NCBI GenBank assembly: GCA_042571405.1
Contig: JBHPHU010000004.1
Span: 1 to 62,240, forward strand
Length of the DNA stretch: 62,240 nt
Direction: 5' to 3'
Origin: Candidatus Omnitrophota bacterium
GTDB lineage: Bacteria > Omnitrophota > Gorgyraeia > Gorgyraeales > Gorgyraeaceae
In this document: piece by piece, positions 18,113 to 28,369 of the stretch
How the letters are laid out: each line of letters starts with the position of its first letter
How positions within the stretch are numbered: the stretch's first letter is position 1
Position numbers and translations under genes: made by a program
The notes under the pieces: model-generated
Told to the model about the DNA's origin: nothing
What the model saw: the letters and a program-made list of their open reading frames with translations, nothing else
Database searches by the model: none

Positions 18113-18823
18113 TTAGTCTATGGATCTTATCACTAGAGAATAGCCTAGGGCAGAGGGGTTGTGGATTTTTAGGGGAATGCGTTTTTCGTCTGCTGAAAGC
18201 CAGAATTTGAACTTGGGGGGATCACTTGTAAAGGCATATGCTTCAAACTTCCCTAACGGGGTGTTTATAGACTCTATGCCTTTAAACATGACGTCAAAAT
18301 CAAATGTGGGTAACGTAATCTTAAACTTATCGCCTTTATTAAAGGTATCCTGCGCCCTATAGTAATAGACAAGCAGTATCGCGTTATGAATGGGTGAATC
18401 TTTTTGTATTGAAAAATTCTTTTTGCGTAATTTACTCTTTGAAGAAATATCTACCCTGAAATTCTCCTGATCATACACCTCCTTTATTGTGTCACCAAAC
18501 CCCAGCTTCTTCTTGATTCTCCTGTGCACTTCAATAGGAAGAAATGTCTCCTTGTCCGCGTATAGCTCTTCAATGTCCTTAAGTGAAGGGATCTTTGTAG
18601 AAAATGTAATGTGATAGGCCTTTTTATCTCCCATCTTCTTTTCACCATGAAAAGTAAGGATAGACCTTCCTACCTTTAAAGCCTTATACTTTACATCATA
18701 CGTCAATATCTCTCCGTCTCTAACAGCAGGTTCGAATGTATGACCCTTAGAAGACATATCAATAAAAGCATAGGCCAGGACACAAAAAAATATTACTATA
18801 AGAATAGCGTTTCTTTTAGTCAT
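18113..18823 (-). CDS. secreted/membrane-anchored hypothetical protein (DUF3108-like)
   Basis: 236 aa. N-terminal hydrophobic signal, beta-rich. The family assignment is from memory only. Confidence 0.55.
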   Translation of the reverse strand: MTKRNAILIVIFFCVLAYAFIDMSSKGHTFEPAVRDGEILTYDVKYKALKVGRSILTFHGEKKMGDKKAYHITFSTKIPSLKDIEELYADKETFLPIEVHRRIKKKLGFGDTIKEVYDQENFRVDISSKSKLRKKNFSIQKDSPIHNAILLVYYYRAQDTFNKGDKFKITLPTFDFDVMFKGIESINTPLGKFEAYAFTSDPPKFKFWLSADEKRIPLKIHNPSALGYSLVIRSID

Positions 18824-18886
18824 AGTAAATTAAACCACAGAGAAAAAATTCCCAAAAAACTCTGTGTCCTCTGTGGTTTCTTTAAT

Positions 18887-20218
18887 TTAAAGTATAGGAA
18901 GATACTTGTCGATCTCGTATTTTGAGATCTGGGCCTTGTATTCGTTCCACTCCACGTATTTATTGCGGATGAAATATTCGAATAATTTTTCTCCCAGCGC
19001 TTCTTTTATGAGCTTGCTTTTTTCTGTAATTTTAATTGCCTCGTAAAGATCTTCCGGCAGAGACTGTATGCCTGTTTTCTCTCTTTCTTTTTCTGTCATG
19101 CGATAGATATTATCTTCTGCTGCCTTAGGGAGTTTATATTTCTTTTTCATGCCTTCCAAACCAGCCGCCAGCATAACAGAGAAAGCAAGATATGGATTTG
19201 CCGCCGGGTCAGGAGAACGAAACTCTACCCTGGTTGCTTTTTCTTTGCCGGGTTTATACATCGGCACCCTCACAAGCGCGGACCGATTCATCTGTGCCCA
19301 GCATATATATACAGGCGCTTCGTAACCAGGAATAAGCCTCTTGTAAGAGTTTACCCATTGATTCGTCACTGCTGTTAGCTCAGGAACATGTTTTAATATT
19401 CCTGCTATAAAATACTTTGCGATATCTGAAAGGTGAGACTTATCAGTCTTGCTGAAAAATGCGTTCTTTGAACCTTTGAAAAGTGATTGGTGCACGTGCA
19501 TGCCGCTGCCATTTATACCATAGATAGGTTTTGGCATAAATGTCGCGTATTTACCATGCTGGCGGGCCACTTCTTTTACTACCATACGATAGGTCATAAC
19601 ATTATCTGCCATGGTAAGCGCGTCACAATACCTCAGGTCTATCTCGTGCTGCGACGTGGCAACCTCGTGATGGCTGTATTCTACCTTTACGCCCATCTTC
19701 TCTAGCATGACCACTGTCTCGCGCCTCAAATCCTGCGCCACATCAAGAGGCGTTAGGTCAAAATACCCTCCTCTATCAAGAATGATAGTATTTTTGGGAT
19801 TCTCAAAATAAAAATATTCCAGCTCCGGGCCTATATAATAGGTAAAACCCATGTCTTTTACCTTTTTTAGATTTTTCTTCAGGATATATCGAGGGTCTCC
19901 TTCGAAAGGCTCGCCATTAGGCTTCACAATATCACAAAACATCCTTGCGGAAAGGCCGTCTTTTTCTGCCCGCCATGGGATTAACCGGAATGTAGAAGGA
20001 TCCGGCATTGCCACCATATCACTTTCCTCTATGCGGGCAAATCCTTCGATAGATGAGCCATCAAATCCCATGCCATCTTGCATGGCCTTTGCAAGCTCCC
20101 TTTTAGTTATAGAGATGCCTTTTTGAAAACCCAGGACATCAGTAAACCAGAGTTTTATAAATTTGATATCGTGCTTTTTAACCGCAGCTAAAACATCTTT
20201 TTTGGTTTTTATTATCAT
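18887..20218 (-). CDS. glnA: glutamine synthetase type I (443 aa), copy 2
   Basis: Same motifs as copy 1 (FDGSSI, GPELEYFYF, HHEVATSQHE, NGSGMHVHQS). Roughly 60% identical to copy 1 by eye. Confidence 0.95.
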   Translation of the reverse strand: MIIKTKKDVLAAVKKHDIKFIKLWFTDVLGFQKGISITKRELAKAMQDGMGFDGSSIEGFARIEESDMVAMPDPSTFRLIPWRAEKDGLSARMFCDIVKPNGEPFEGDPRYILKKNLKKVKDMGFTYYIGPELEYFYFENPKNTIILDRGGYFDLTPLDVAQDLRRETVVMLEKMGVKVEYSHHEVATSQHEIDLRYCDALTMADNVMTYRMVVKEVARQHGKYATFMPKPIYGINGSGMHVHQSLFKGSKNAFFSKTDKSHLSDIAKYFIAGILKHVPELTAVTNQWVNSYKRLIPGYEAPVYICWAQMNRSALVRVPMYKPGKEKATRVEFRSPDPAANPYLAFSVMLAAGLEGMKKKYKLPKAAEDNIYRMTEKEREKTGIQSLPEDLYEAIKITEKSKLIKEALGEKLFEYFIRNKYVEWNEYKAQISKYEIDKYLPIL

Positions 20219-20220
20219 GA

Positions 20221-20607
20221 TTAACTCCTTTTATATTCTGATGTAACAGTGGTTTTTATCCCGCCTCTTACGTTAAACTCACCTTTAATATGCGCCCATT
20301 TGGGCTTGCATGATGCGACAAGATCATCCAGAACTCTATTTACTACATGTTCGTGGAATATGCCGACATCCCTGTAAGAAAGCATATATAGCTTAAATGA
20401 CTTGAGTTCTGCGCACCACTTCTGGGGGCTATACTGAATAGTTATATTTGCAAAATCAGGCAAGCCTGTTTTAGGGCAAACACATGTAAATTCAGGATTC
20501 TCAAGCGTTACTATATAGTCTTTATCCGCATACTGATTGCGCCACACCTCTATTTTCGGTGTTTTTAAACTACGTATGCCCTTCTGTAATCCTTGATATT
20601 TTGTCAT
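20221..20607 (-). CDS. queF: NADPH-dependent 7-cyano-7-deazaguanine reductase (type I QueF)
   Basis: 128 aa. EFTCVCPKTGLPDFA catalytic Cys motif and the QueF motif ELKSFKLY. Confidence 0.9.
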   Translation of the reverse strand: MTKYQGLQKGIRSLKTPKIEVWRNQYADKDYIVTLENPEFTCVCPKTGLPDFANITIQYSPQKWCAELKSFKLYMLSYRDVGIFHEHVVNRVLDDLVASCKPKWAHIKGEFNVRGGIKTTVTSEYKRS

Positions 20608-21311
20608 TTCCTCATGTCGTGCATCATTATAATCGCTTCGGCAACTTCTTTCATGGGTTTGCGACGGTCCATGCTGTATTTTTGGATCTTTCTGAATGCG
20701 TCTTCCTCTGTCAGGCCTTCGCTCTTCATCAGAATGCCCTTTGCGCGTTCTACTGCTTTACGTGTCTCCAATTCTTCTTGGATAACCTTTGTTTTTACCA
20801 TCAATTCTGTATTCTCTATGGCAATGGCTGCCTGATTTGCCACGCTGGTAAGTATATTGATCTCTGTCTTTGAAAACTTGTGCGGCTTTGAAGTATAGCA
20901 GTTTAAGACCCCTATAACCCTTTTTTTAACTGCCATTGGTACGCACAATAAAGATACAAGACCTTCTTTCTCCGCTATATCCTTATATTTATAACCTGCT
21001 TCTTTTAATACATCAGATACTGTGATCGGTTTATTGTCCCGCACAACCTTCCAGACAATACCTTGTTCTTTTCTTAAAGGTTCTTTCTTTACATATTCTT
21101 CGCTGATACTCTGCGTAGCCCTTATGACAAGGTGGTCTTTTGTATCGTTAAGGAGCATCAGGGTGCAAATCCGTGAATTCATGACCTCGGCCGTAACTGT
21201 CACGATCAACTTTAATATGTCCTCTAGATACAGGTCGCTGGATATGGCCTTTGAAATTTTTGACAGAGCGTTTATTGTATCTGTGGTTTTTGCCTGTTTC
21301 TTCTTTGGCAT
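20604..21311 (-). CDS. GAF-ANTAR RNA-binding antitermination regulator
   Basis: 235 aa. N-terminal GAF domain. C-terminal ANTAR motif ETRKAVERAKGILMKSEGLTEEDAFRKIQKYSMDRRKPM. Confidence 0.85.
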   Translation of the reverse strand: MPKKKQAKTTDTINALSKISKAISSDLYLEDILKLIVTVTAEVMNSRICTLMLLNDTKDHLVIRATQSISEEYVKKEPLRKEQGIVWKVVRDNKPITVSDVLKEAGYKYKDIAEKEGLVSLLCVPMAVKKRVIGVLNCYTSKPHKFSKTEINILTSVANQAAIAIENTELMVKTKVIQEELETRKAVERAKGILMKSEGLTEEDAFRKIQKYSMDRRKPMKEVAEAIIMMHDMRK

Positions 21312-21321
21312 TGCTAACTCC

Positions 21322-22122
21322 CTAAGAAGCTACGATTCCCAGACCTGCTTCATACGCAAGCTTAATGGTCTCGTCTTTATCTATAATCAATGTCTTTCCC
21401 GTCTCTATTGATATGCACGATGCATTTACTTGCTTTAATAGCTTTATCGTCTCCGGCCCTATTATAGGTACATCAAATCTCATATCCTGATTTGGCTTGG
21501 ATACCTTTATGACCACTACTCCGTCTTTACCGTATTGCGCGCCTCTTTTTATTGTCTCGTCTGTTCCTTCAATAGACTCAACCGCCAAAATCACTTTATC
21601 TTTCACTACCACTGTCTGACCAATATCCAGGCCGGCAATGGACTTGGCAATACCTCTTCCGAATTCAATGTCATCTAAAATCCTTTTATCGAGATTATTC
21701 TTTGTTAGAACACCTTTTTTTGGCAGATAATCTGATAAAAAAATCGTAGAGTCTAAGACCTTTATCCCGGCTTGCTCTAATTTATTTGCGATAGCTCCTA
21801 TAAGCGAATCTGTCTTTTTGTCTTTTGTGCTAGCCAGAAGTTTCTGCATGCTAGCATCCAGCTTGATATTCTCAAAAAGCCTTTTATGTTTTACCTGGCC
21901 TGCCATCACAACTTCTTTTAATTTCTCTTGAAGCAAGACCTGAAATAATTTTTCTAATTCTCCTACGCTTAACCAATATATCTTGCTGACATAACTCTCT
22001 AATTCTTTTTCTGTCTCTTCTTTTATGCCTATCGCGACTACTTCTACGCTTTTTTTCTTTGCCTCTTGCGCAAAAAGTATTGGAAAAGCACCATTACCTG
22101 CTATCAGACCTATTCTCTTCAC
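21322..22122 (-). CDS. lpxI: UDP-2,3-diacylglucosamine diphosphatase LpxI (DUF1009)
   Basis: 266 aa. RIGLIAGNGAFPILFA N-terminus. Located in the lpx cluster. Confidence 0.8.
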   Translation of the reverse strand: MKRIGLIAGNGAFPILFAQEAKKKSVEVVAIGIKEETEKELESYVSKIYWLSVGELEKLFQVLLQEKLKEVVMAGQVKHKRLFENIKLDASMQKLLASTKDKKTDSLIGAIANKLEQAGIKVLDSTIFLSDYLPKKGVLTKNNLDKRILDDIEFGRGIAKSIAGLDIGQTVVVKDKVILAVESIEGTDETIKRGAQYGKDGVVVIKVSKPNQDMRFDVPIIGPETIKLLKQVNASCISIETGKTLIIDKDETIKLAYEAGLGIVAS

Positions 22123-22888
22123 CTCTGCACATACCTCTCTTTGATCTCTTTATAAAATCCAAAAGATAATCCACTTCCTGGCAGCCCGGTATTTCCCGCT
22201 TTACTCTCTCTGCAGCAGTTTTAAATGTAAGCCCGGAATGAAATAATATTTTAAAGGCCTTTTTAAGCGAAGCTTGAGCATCCTTTGACATATCTGAACG
22301 CCTAAGACCTACCAGGTTCAAAGTATACACCCTTGCCGGATGCCCGTCACAGGTAGAAAAAGGCGGGATATCCTGCACTACTTTTGAACATCCACCTATA
22401 ATAGCCATCTTGCCTATGCGCACAAACTGGTGTATGGCAGTAAGTCCACCTATCACTATCTTGTCTTCCAAGCTGACGTGTCCCGCAAGTGTCCCTGAAT
22501 TTGCAATAACACAGCCGCTGCCTATCTTGCAATCATGCGCCACATGAGAATAGGCCATGAAAAGATTTCCGTCTCCGATACATGTAACTCCGCCCTCATC
22601 CGTGCTTGGATTCATGGTTACATATTCTCTGATAATATTATTATTCCCTATTTTCAAAAAGCTCTTTGCGCCTTTATATTTAAGGTCCTGGGGAGGACTG
22701 CCTAGTACTGCGCCCGTAAAAATAGAGCAGCCCTTGCCAATAGTAGTATTGCCTTCGACTACCACGTGACCTCCCAGAGTAGTACAGCTGCCTATTTCTA
22801 CTGAAGGCCCTACAATAGCATAAGGGCCGACTTCTACATCGTCGGCCAGCTTCGCCTTTTTATCTACAATTGCTGTCGGATGAATCAT
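22094..22888 (-). CDS. lpxA: acyl-ACP--UDP-N-acetylglucosamine O-acyltransferase
   Basis: Left-handed beta-helix hexapeptide repeats. Start taken at MIHPTAIVD (22888) rather than the upstream Met at 22924, which overlaps lpxC/fabZ. Confidence 0.9.
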   Translation of the reverse strand: MIHPTAIVDKKAKLADDVEVGPYAIVGPSVEIGSCTTLGGHVVVEGNTTIGKGCSIFTGAVLGSPPQDLKYKGAKSFLKIGNNNIIREYVTMNPSTDEGGVTCIGDGNLFMAYSHVAHDCKIGSGCVIANSGTLAGHVSLEDKIVIGGLTAIHQFVRIGKMAIIGGCSKVVQDIPPFSTCDGHPARVYTLNLVGLRRSDMSKDAQASLKKAFKILFHSGLTFKTAAERVKREIPGCQEVDYLLDFIKRSKRGMCRGEENRSDSR

Positions 22889-22904
22889 TGTTTCATTGTT
22901 TTTG

Positions 22905-24218
22905 TTACGCATCCACGAGTGCAAACATCAGATTTGCCTCGCTTACAACCTGGCCATCTACAAGCGCTCGAGTATGCACATGGCCTATTTTTGACTTTAG
23001 CTTTACTACCTTTACCTCGAGTCGCAACTGGTCTCCGGGCACCACTGTCTTTCTAAACTTTGCCTTGTCCAAACTCATGAAATAGGCCATCTTCCCAACG
23101 TTTTCCTTCTTATTCAGCATCAACACGCCTGCCACCTGTGCCATTGCCTCGACAATCAATACACCAGGCATCACAGGCCTTCCTGGAAAATGTCCTGTAA
23201 AAAATTGCTCGTTCATTGTAACATTTTTTATGCCGACTGCGGTCTTTCCCGGTTCGAGCTCTATAATCTTATCAACTAACAAAAACGGGTAACGATGCGG
23301 CAGGATTTTTTGGATATCACTAGAGTCCAGTACACTGCCCTCTGTTTCAACATACACGCCCTTTATGCCGCCAGATTGTATTTTTTCTCTCTGTGTGTTT
23401 ATCTTATCAACAAGCTTTATATTTAAAGGATGGCCGCTGCGCATTGCTATTATATGGCCCTTGATTACATATCCCAAGAGATATAAATCCCCCAATAGAT
23501 CCAATATCTTATGCCTTGCGAATTCATCATCAAACCTCAAATCATTGTCTATAACACCTTTATTCCCGACTACGACTGTATTTTCGTAGTTCGCGCCCTT
23601 GCCAAGGCCCTGTTTTTTTAAATCACTGACCTCTCTTTCGAGACAAAATGTCCTTGAAGACGCCAGTTCTTTTTCAAATGTATTTTCATCCAATATAAAA
23701 GAAAGATACTGCGACTTTAGAAGAGGATGTTCATAATTCAGTGTATAAGATACTCGGAATTGATCATCGGGCAAAACCATGATCATGGCATCATCCTGCT
23801 CTATCCAGATAGGAGAGCGCACTTGATAAACCTTTTTCGGTAAGCCCTGATTTTCTATTCCGACCTTTTTCAGTGTCTCGATAAAACTCATTGCGCTGCC
23901 ATCCAGCCCGGGAAGTTCCGGGCCATCTATCTCAACAAGGAGATTATCTATACCCATGGCCCACAATGCTGCCATCAAATGTTCTATTGTATGCACCTCT
24001 ACCGAACCGCTGCCAATGGACGTGCGCCTGGGGCTTTTATCCTGGTCCAATATATGGTGGATATTCGCTCTTATCATAGGAGAATCTTTCACGTCTACTC
24101 TTATGAAGTTTATACCTGTACTCGTAGGCGCGGGTTTAAATCTAAGGTGTACCTCGGCGCCTGTATGAAGACCGACGCCGCTAAGCTCTATTGGTTTTTT
24201 TATTGTTTTCTGTTCCAT
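22905..24218 (-). CDS. lpxC: bifunctional UDP-3-O-acyl-GlcNAc deacetylase / 3-hydroxyacyl-ACP dehydratase (LpxC-FabZ fusion)
   Basis: 437 aa. N-terminal LpxC (SGVGLHTG, HTIEHL) and C-terminal FabZ hot-dog (LPHRYPFLLVD, FFTGHFP). Confidence 0.9.
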   Translation of the reverse strand: MEQKTIKKPIELSGVGLHTGAEVHLRFKPAPTSTGINFIRVDVKDSPMIRANIHHILDQDKSPRRTSIGSGSVEVHTIEHLMAALWAMGIDNLLVEIDGPELPGLDGSAMSFIETLKKVGIENQGLPKKVYQVRSPIWIEQDDAMIMVLPDDQFRVSYTLNYEHPLLKSQYLSFILDENTFEKELASSRTFCLEREVSDLKKQGLGKGANYENTVVVGNKGVIDNDLRFDDEFARHKILDLLGDLYLLGYVIKGHIIAMRSGHPLNIKLVDKINTQREKIQSGGIKGVYVETEGSVLDSSDIQKILPHRYPFLLVDKIIELEPGKTAVGIKNVTMNEQFFTGHFPGRPVMPGVLIVEAMAQVAGVLMLNKKENVGKMAYFMSLDKAKFRKTVVPGDQLRLEVKVVKLKSKIGHVHTRALVDGQVVSEANLMFALVDA

Positions 24219-24324
24219 ATATCCTCTATTAGTTTTTAGAAAATGTGACTCGTCGCAAATCTAACACATCTCGCCGAAGACTTGCCGAGGCGGACGGGTT
24301 GGATTCGTGTGTATTATCGTTCAA

Positions 24325-25359
24325 TCAATTTTTTCCATTGGATTTAAGCTGTTGGATCTCTTCTTCCAATGCTCGTACTTTTTTATATAAATCCGGAAGG
24401 TTTTGGACACACGCATTAATTCTCTTAGCAACTGTGTGTGGCTTCGCAGGATAACCTGAAACACAGGCATTGGAAGAAATGGATTTGGTTACGCCAGCCC
24501 TTGCGGCAATTACTACATTGTCCCCAACAGTAACATGTCCTATAACCCCGGCCTGACCTGCCAGTGTAACATTATTCCCGATAACTGCGCTCCCTGATAT
24601 ACCACTCTGGGAAACTATTATAGAATGCTCTCCTATGATTACATTATGAGCTATCTGGACTAAATTGTCTATTTTAGTGCCTTTTTTTATAATAGTTTTT
24701 TCAAAACGCGCCCTGTCTATCGTGACATTGGCCCCGATTTCTACATCGTCTTCTATCACTACAGTACCAATCTGTGGAATCCTCTGATGCACGCCTTTGA
24801 CCGTAGAAAAACCAAAGCCATCACTGCCTATAACAGTACCTCCGTGTATAATTACTCTATCCTTGATCTCAACACGTTCCCTGATTATAACATATGGATA
24901 TATCTTGCAGCTCTTCCCTATCTTTGCATGATGCCCCACGTATACCCCGGCAAAAAGAATAGCATTGTCCTTTATTTCAACATTATCTTCTATAACAACA
25001 TAAGCCTGTATGGCTACATCCCTGCCAATTCTCACCTTTTCTCCGATAACAGCGGTAGGATGTATGCCTTTCGGTTTTTTTACCTCATTGGGCGCCATAA
25101 GAGAAACCATCTTGGCAAATGCTATGGAAGGATTCTCAGTGCGTATAATAGGTTTGGGCGCAGACTTCACATCCCTGGATGTAATAATCGCCGATGCCTC
25201 TGTGTGATTCATGAGCGAAAGATACCTGGAATTTGCGATAAATGTAAGGTCGCCCTTTTGCGCCTCTTTTATACCGCATATGCCAGTTACAACTGTAGTC
25301 TCATCGCCTACTATCTCTCCCTCAACTATAGCAGCTATCTCAGTTAATGTCTTCTTCAT
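24325..25359 (-). CDS. lpxD: UDP-3-O-acylglucosamine N-acyltransferase
   Basis: 344 aa. LpxD N-terminal domain plus hexapeptide repeats. Confidence 0.9.
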   Translation of the reverse strand: MKKTLTEIAAIVEGEIVGDETTVVTGICGIKEAQKGDLTFIANSRYLSLMNHTEASAIITSRDVKSAPKPIIRTENPSIAFAKMVSLMAPNEVKKPKGIHPTAVIGEKVRIGRDVAIQAYVVIEDNVEIKDNAILFAGVYVGHHAKIGKSCKIYPYVIIRERVEIKDRVIIHGGTVIGSDGFGFSTVKGVHQRIPQIGTVVIEDDVEIGANVTIDRARFEKTIIKKGTKIDNLVQIAHNVIIGEHSIIVSQSGISGSAVIGNNVTLAGQAGVIGHVTVGDNVVIAARAGVTKSISSNACVSGYPAKPHTVAKRINACVQNLPDLYKKVRALEEEIQQLKSNGKN

Positions 25360-25369
25360 GCCTTTGTCC

Positions 25370-25873
25370 TTATTGCTCTATGTAATTCTTGTTTAATAAA
25401 TTAATAATCTCGTCTGTCAGATTATAAGTCTTTTGTCCGTATAAAAGAACTCTGTCATTTAAGATAATAGAATATGCGTGGGTCTTTCCGTATTCTTCTA
25501 TCACTGTATTTATCTCTTTCAAGATCTCTCTTACCATATCATCTCTTTCTTTCGTGAGCTCCATCTTGGCATCCTGGTCAAACTCCTGAAGAGATCCTAT
25601 CTTTGCCTCAATATCTTCCTCTTTTTGCTGTCTGGCCTTTTCGTTCATTAGTTCAAGCTCATCCCTCATCTTTCTTATATCTTTAACCAGCTTCTCTCTC
25701 TGTTGTTGCTTGATGTCTCCTGTCTTTTCCAGATTTCTATCAAAATCCTTTGTCTTCTGATACTCATCAAATGACCGCGAGAGGTCAACAAATCCAATCT
25801 TGGTCTCTGACTGCGCAAATGCTATGCCTGTTATGAATACTCCTATCAAACTAATCAATAAAATCTTTTTCAT
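25370..25873 (-). CDS. skp: OmpH/Skp periplasmic chaperone
   Basis: Start at [11 protein letters not shown] (25873). Signal peptide and K/E-rich coiled coil. The upstream 16 codons of the track ORF read through a repeat. Confidence 0.8.
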   Translation of the reverse strand: MKKILLISLIGVFITGIAFAQSETKIGFVDLSRSFDEYQKTKDFDRNLEKTGDIKQQQREKLVKDIRKMRDELELMNEKARQQKEEDIEAKIGSLQEFDQDAKMELTKERDDMVREILKEINTVIEEYGKTHAYSIILNDRVLLYGQKTYNLTDEIINLLNKNYIEQ

Positions 25874-25883
25874 CAAATCCCCC

Positions 25884-25993
25884 ATTTGAATTCCAAATGA
25901 CAAAATCCAAATGAATCCCAAATTTCAAATCATTTAATTTGGCATTTGGAATTGAAGATTCATTTGACATTTGAAATTTGTCATTTGTCATTT
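25884..25993. repeat. about 110-bp palindromic 'caaatgacaaa' element, copy A (bamA-skp spacer)
   Basis: ccaaatgacaaaatccaaatgaat ... attcatttgacatttgaaatttgtcatttgtcatt. Same family as 30638-30749. Confidence 0.85.
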
Positions 25994-28313
25994 AGAAACC
26001 TCTGCTCATGCTAAAATGAAACCTTGGTTTATCTTCCTGCCATGACTCAGCATTTAAAGGAAAGCCGAAATCTAACTTAACAGGCCCTATGGGCGTCTTG
26101 ATCCTGACACCAGCACCTGCGCCTGCCTTTAGCCCTCTTGTAGCTGTGCCGCTTTTTGGTTTACTGTCAGGTCTTGCCCACACATTGCCCGCGTCAATAA
26201 ACAGCGCGCCTTTTATATTGGTTACTATAGGAAGTGTTAGCTCTGCATTGGCTATAAAAATGCTCCCGCCTCCTATCGCATCTCCTGAAATATCTTTTGG
26301 CCCAACGTCACGTTCTTTATACCCGCGTATACTATAAGTACCGCCGGCAAAAAAGCGCTCATATATAGGTACCTTGCCTGAATCTCCAAATGAAGTGACA
26401 ACGCCGCTTCTTGCTTTTAACTCTAAGACAAAAGGTCCTACTTTAGAATAATGACTGCCGGAATCAAAAAACTTTGCAAAGTCCCTGTCTCCTCCTATGG
26501 GACCGCCAGCCACTTCAACATAACCTGTCAGCACATAACCTTTTGTAGGATTAAAATTATTATCTGTGGTGTTTCTTGTAAGCTGGAGCAACACGCTAGA
26601 GACCGTCTTTTCACCAAGCTCGTCTCTTAATTCCTGAGAAGCGGAAGCAGACACATCGGATATGTCAACCGTTTCGAGTCGATATACAAAATCGCCCCTC
26701 AAGTTTTCGTTGAACTCCTTGCCCAGCTTTAAAGCTCCTCCTTGTTTTTCCTCATCGTATGCATAACCTGTAGATCCGCTTCTGTTGCGCTCGGAGGCGT
26801 ACAAATCAAATCCAAAACTAAGCGGGTAATCAAAAATCCACGGCTCAGTCCAGCTCAGAAGATAATTTTTACGCACACTGCCAAACTCTGCCCTTAATTT
26901 AAGATCCTGCCCATCTCCTGTAAATGTCGGAAAATTAAAGATATCAAAATTCCTCTGTTCAATCTCTACAAAGCCTATGAGCTTGTCAACGGAAGAAAAC
27001 CCTCCTCCAAAACTGAATTCGCCTGTCTTAGACTCCTTTACCTCTACTACCATGTCTTTCTTGTTTTCTGTATCAGTGTCCTCTGTGTCAAATGTTATAT
27101 CTTCAAAAAACCCGAGATTATAAAGACGTTCTTTACTGCGCTGCAATTTTTTCCCGTCATACTGATCTCCCGGATTAAGCCTTAACTCCCGCCTTATCAC
27201 AACGTCCTTTGTTTTAGTGTTTCCTCTCACATTGACCTTATTTACATAACAGATCTCGCCCTCAACTATATTGTAGACAACATCCACCCTGTCTGTGCTC
27301 ATATTCAAAAGCGTATCCGGCTTTACCTTGGCCATTATATAGCCTTTATCAAAATAATATTCCTGAATAGCTGCTACCTCGCCGTGTAAAGCCACTTCTG
27401 TAAAAACATCTGATGGTCTTAATTTTAAAAGGGCCTTTAACTCTTCATCTGAAAAAATAGAATTACCGGCTATCTTGACATCGCCGGCAACGTATCTTCT
27501 CCCCTCTTCAAGCCTCACCACAAGCTCTATCCATTTCTTTTTTCCCTTTTCCCTGGACACCACTTCGTAATTAGTATCAACATCCAAAAATCCTTCGTTT
27601 CTATAAAAATTCTTTATTCGCTCCATGTCATCATCCACCACATCTTTTTTGTAAACACCTGAGCGAAATATGCCGGATGTCCGACTCTTCATTACCTTTA
27701 ATATGTGCTTATCGCTAAACGCTGTATTCCCAATTACGCTCATGTTTCTCACAACTGCCTTTGTGCCTTCATCTATCCTGAAAAGAACAATGCCTTCGTC
27801 CACATCCTCAACAGTCTCCACCTCGTATGTGACTTTAACCCAGGGGTAGCCTGCGCGTTTATACAGATCTTCTATGGCGTCTGAGTCTTGTTTGAGTTTC
27901 CTCTCATCTGCAAATTCATTCAATTTTGATTTAATAACAGTTTTTAACTTTTCTTCCTTGTATTTCTTGTTACCGATGAACCTAAGAGATGTGAGCGGTG
28001 ATTTCTCTTTGACTGTAAATATAACGCCTACACCATCCTGAACCTCTTCGATCGAAATACTGACATCGCTGAAATATCCCATGAGATACAGTCTCTTGAC
28101 ATCTTCATTGACTACCTTTTCTAAAAAGATGTCTCCTCTTTTTGTCTTTAGCTTAGCCAATATCTTTGCGCTCGAAACAGTCTTATTGTTCCTTACGTCC
28201 ACATATTTGATAATCTTTCTAGGGGACTCTTCCTGGGCAAACATAGGGGCAGAAAAATACCCCCCTAAGAGAAATGAAACAGCTAGTAATATTATAGAAG
28301 TTTTTCTAATCAT
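25992..28313 (-). CDS. bamA: outer membrane protein assembly factor BamA
   Basis: 773 aa. Signal peptide, POTRA repeats, C-terminal beta-barrel ending ...SMSRGF. Confidence 0.95.
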   Translation of the reverse strand: MIRKTSIILLAVSFLLGGYFSAPMFAQEESPRKIIKYVDVRNNKTVSSAKILAKLKTKRGDIFLEKVVNEDVKRLYLMGYFSDVSISIEEVQDGVGVIFTVKEKSPLTSLRFIGNKKYKEEKLKTVIKSKLNEFADERKLKQDSDAIEDLYKRAGYPWVKVTYEVETVEDVDEGIVLFRIDEGTKAVVRNMSVIGNTAFSDKHILKVMKSRTSGIFRSGVYKKDVVDDDMERIKNFYRNEGFLDVDTNYEVVSREKGKKKWIELVVRLEEGRRYVAGDVKIAGNSIFSDEELKALLKLRPSDVFTEVALHGEVAAIQEYYFDKGYIMAKVKPDTLLNMSTDRVDVVYNIVEGEICYVNKVNVRGNTKTKDVVIRRELRLNPGDQYDGKKLQRSKERLYNLGFFEDITFDTEDTDTENKKDMVVEVKESKTGEFSFGGGFSSVDKLIGFVEIEQRNFDIFNFPTFTGDGQDLKLRAEFGSVRKNYLLSWTEPWIFDYPLSFGFDLYASERNRSGSTGYAYDEEKQGGALKLGKEFNENLRGDFVYRLETVDISDVSASASQELRDELGEKTVSSVLLQLTRNTTDNNFNPTKGYVLTGYVEVAGGPIGGDRDFAKFFDSGSHYSKVGPFVLELKARSGVVTSFGDSGKVPIYERFFAGGTYSIRGYKERDVGPKDISGDAIGGGSIFIANAELTLPIVTNIKGALFIDAGNVWARPDSKPKSGTATRGLKAGAGAGVRIKTPIGPVKLDFGFPLNAESWQEDKPRFHFSMSRGF

Positions 28314-28369
28314 TATATTATTAACGAATATATCATATATATATTGTTATGTCAATCAAGGTTTAGTTC

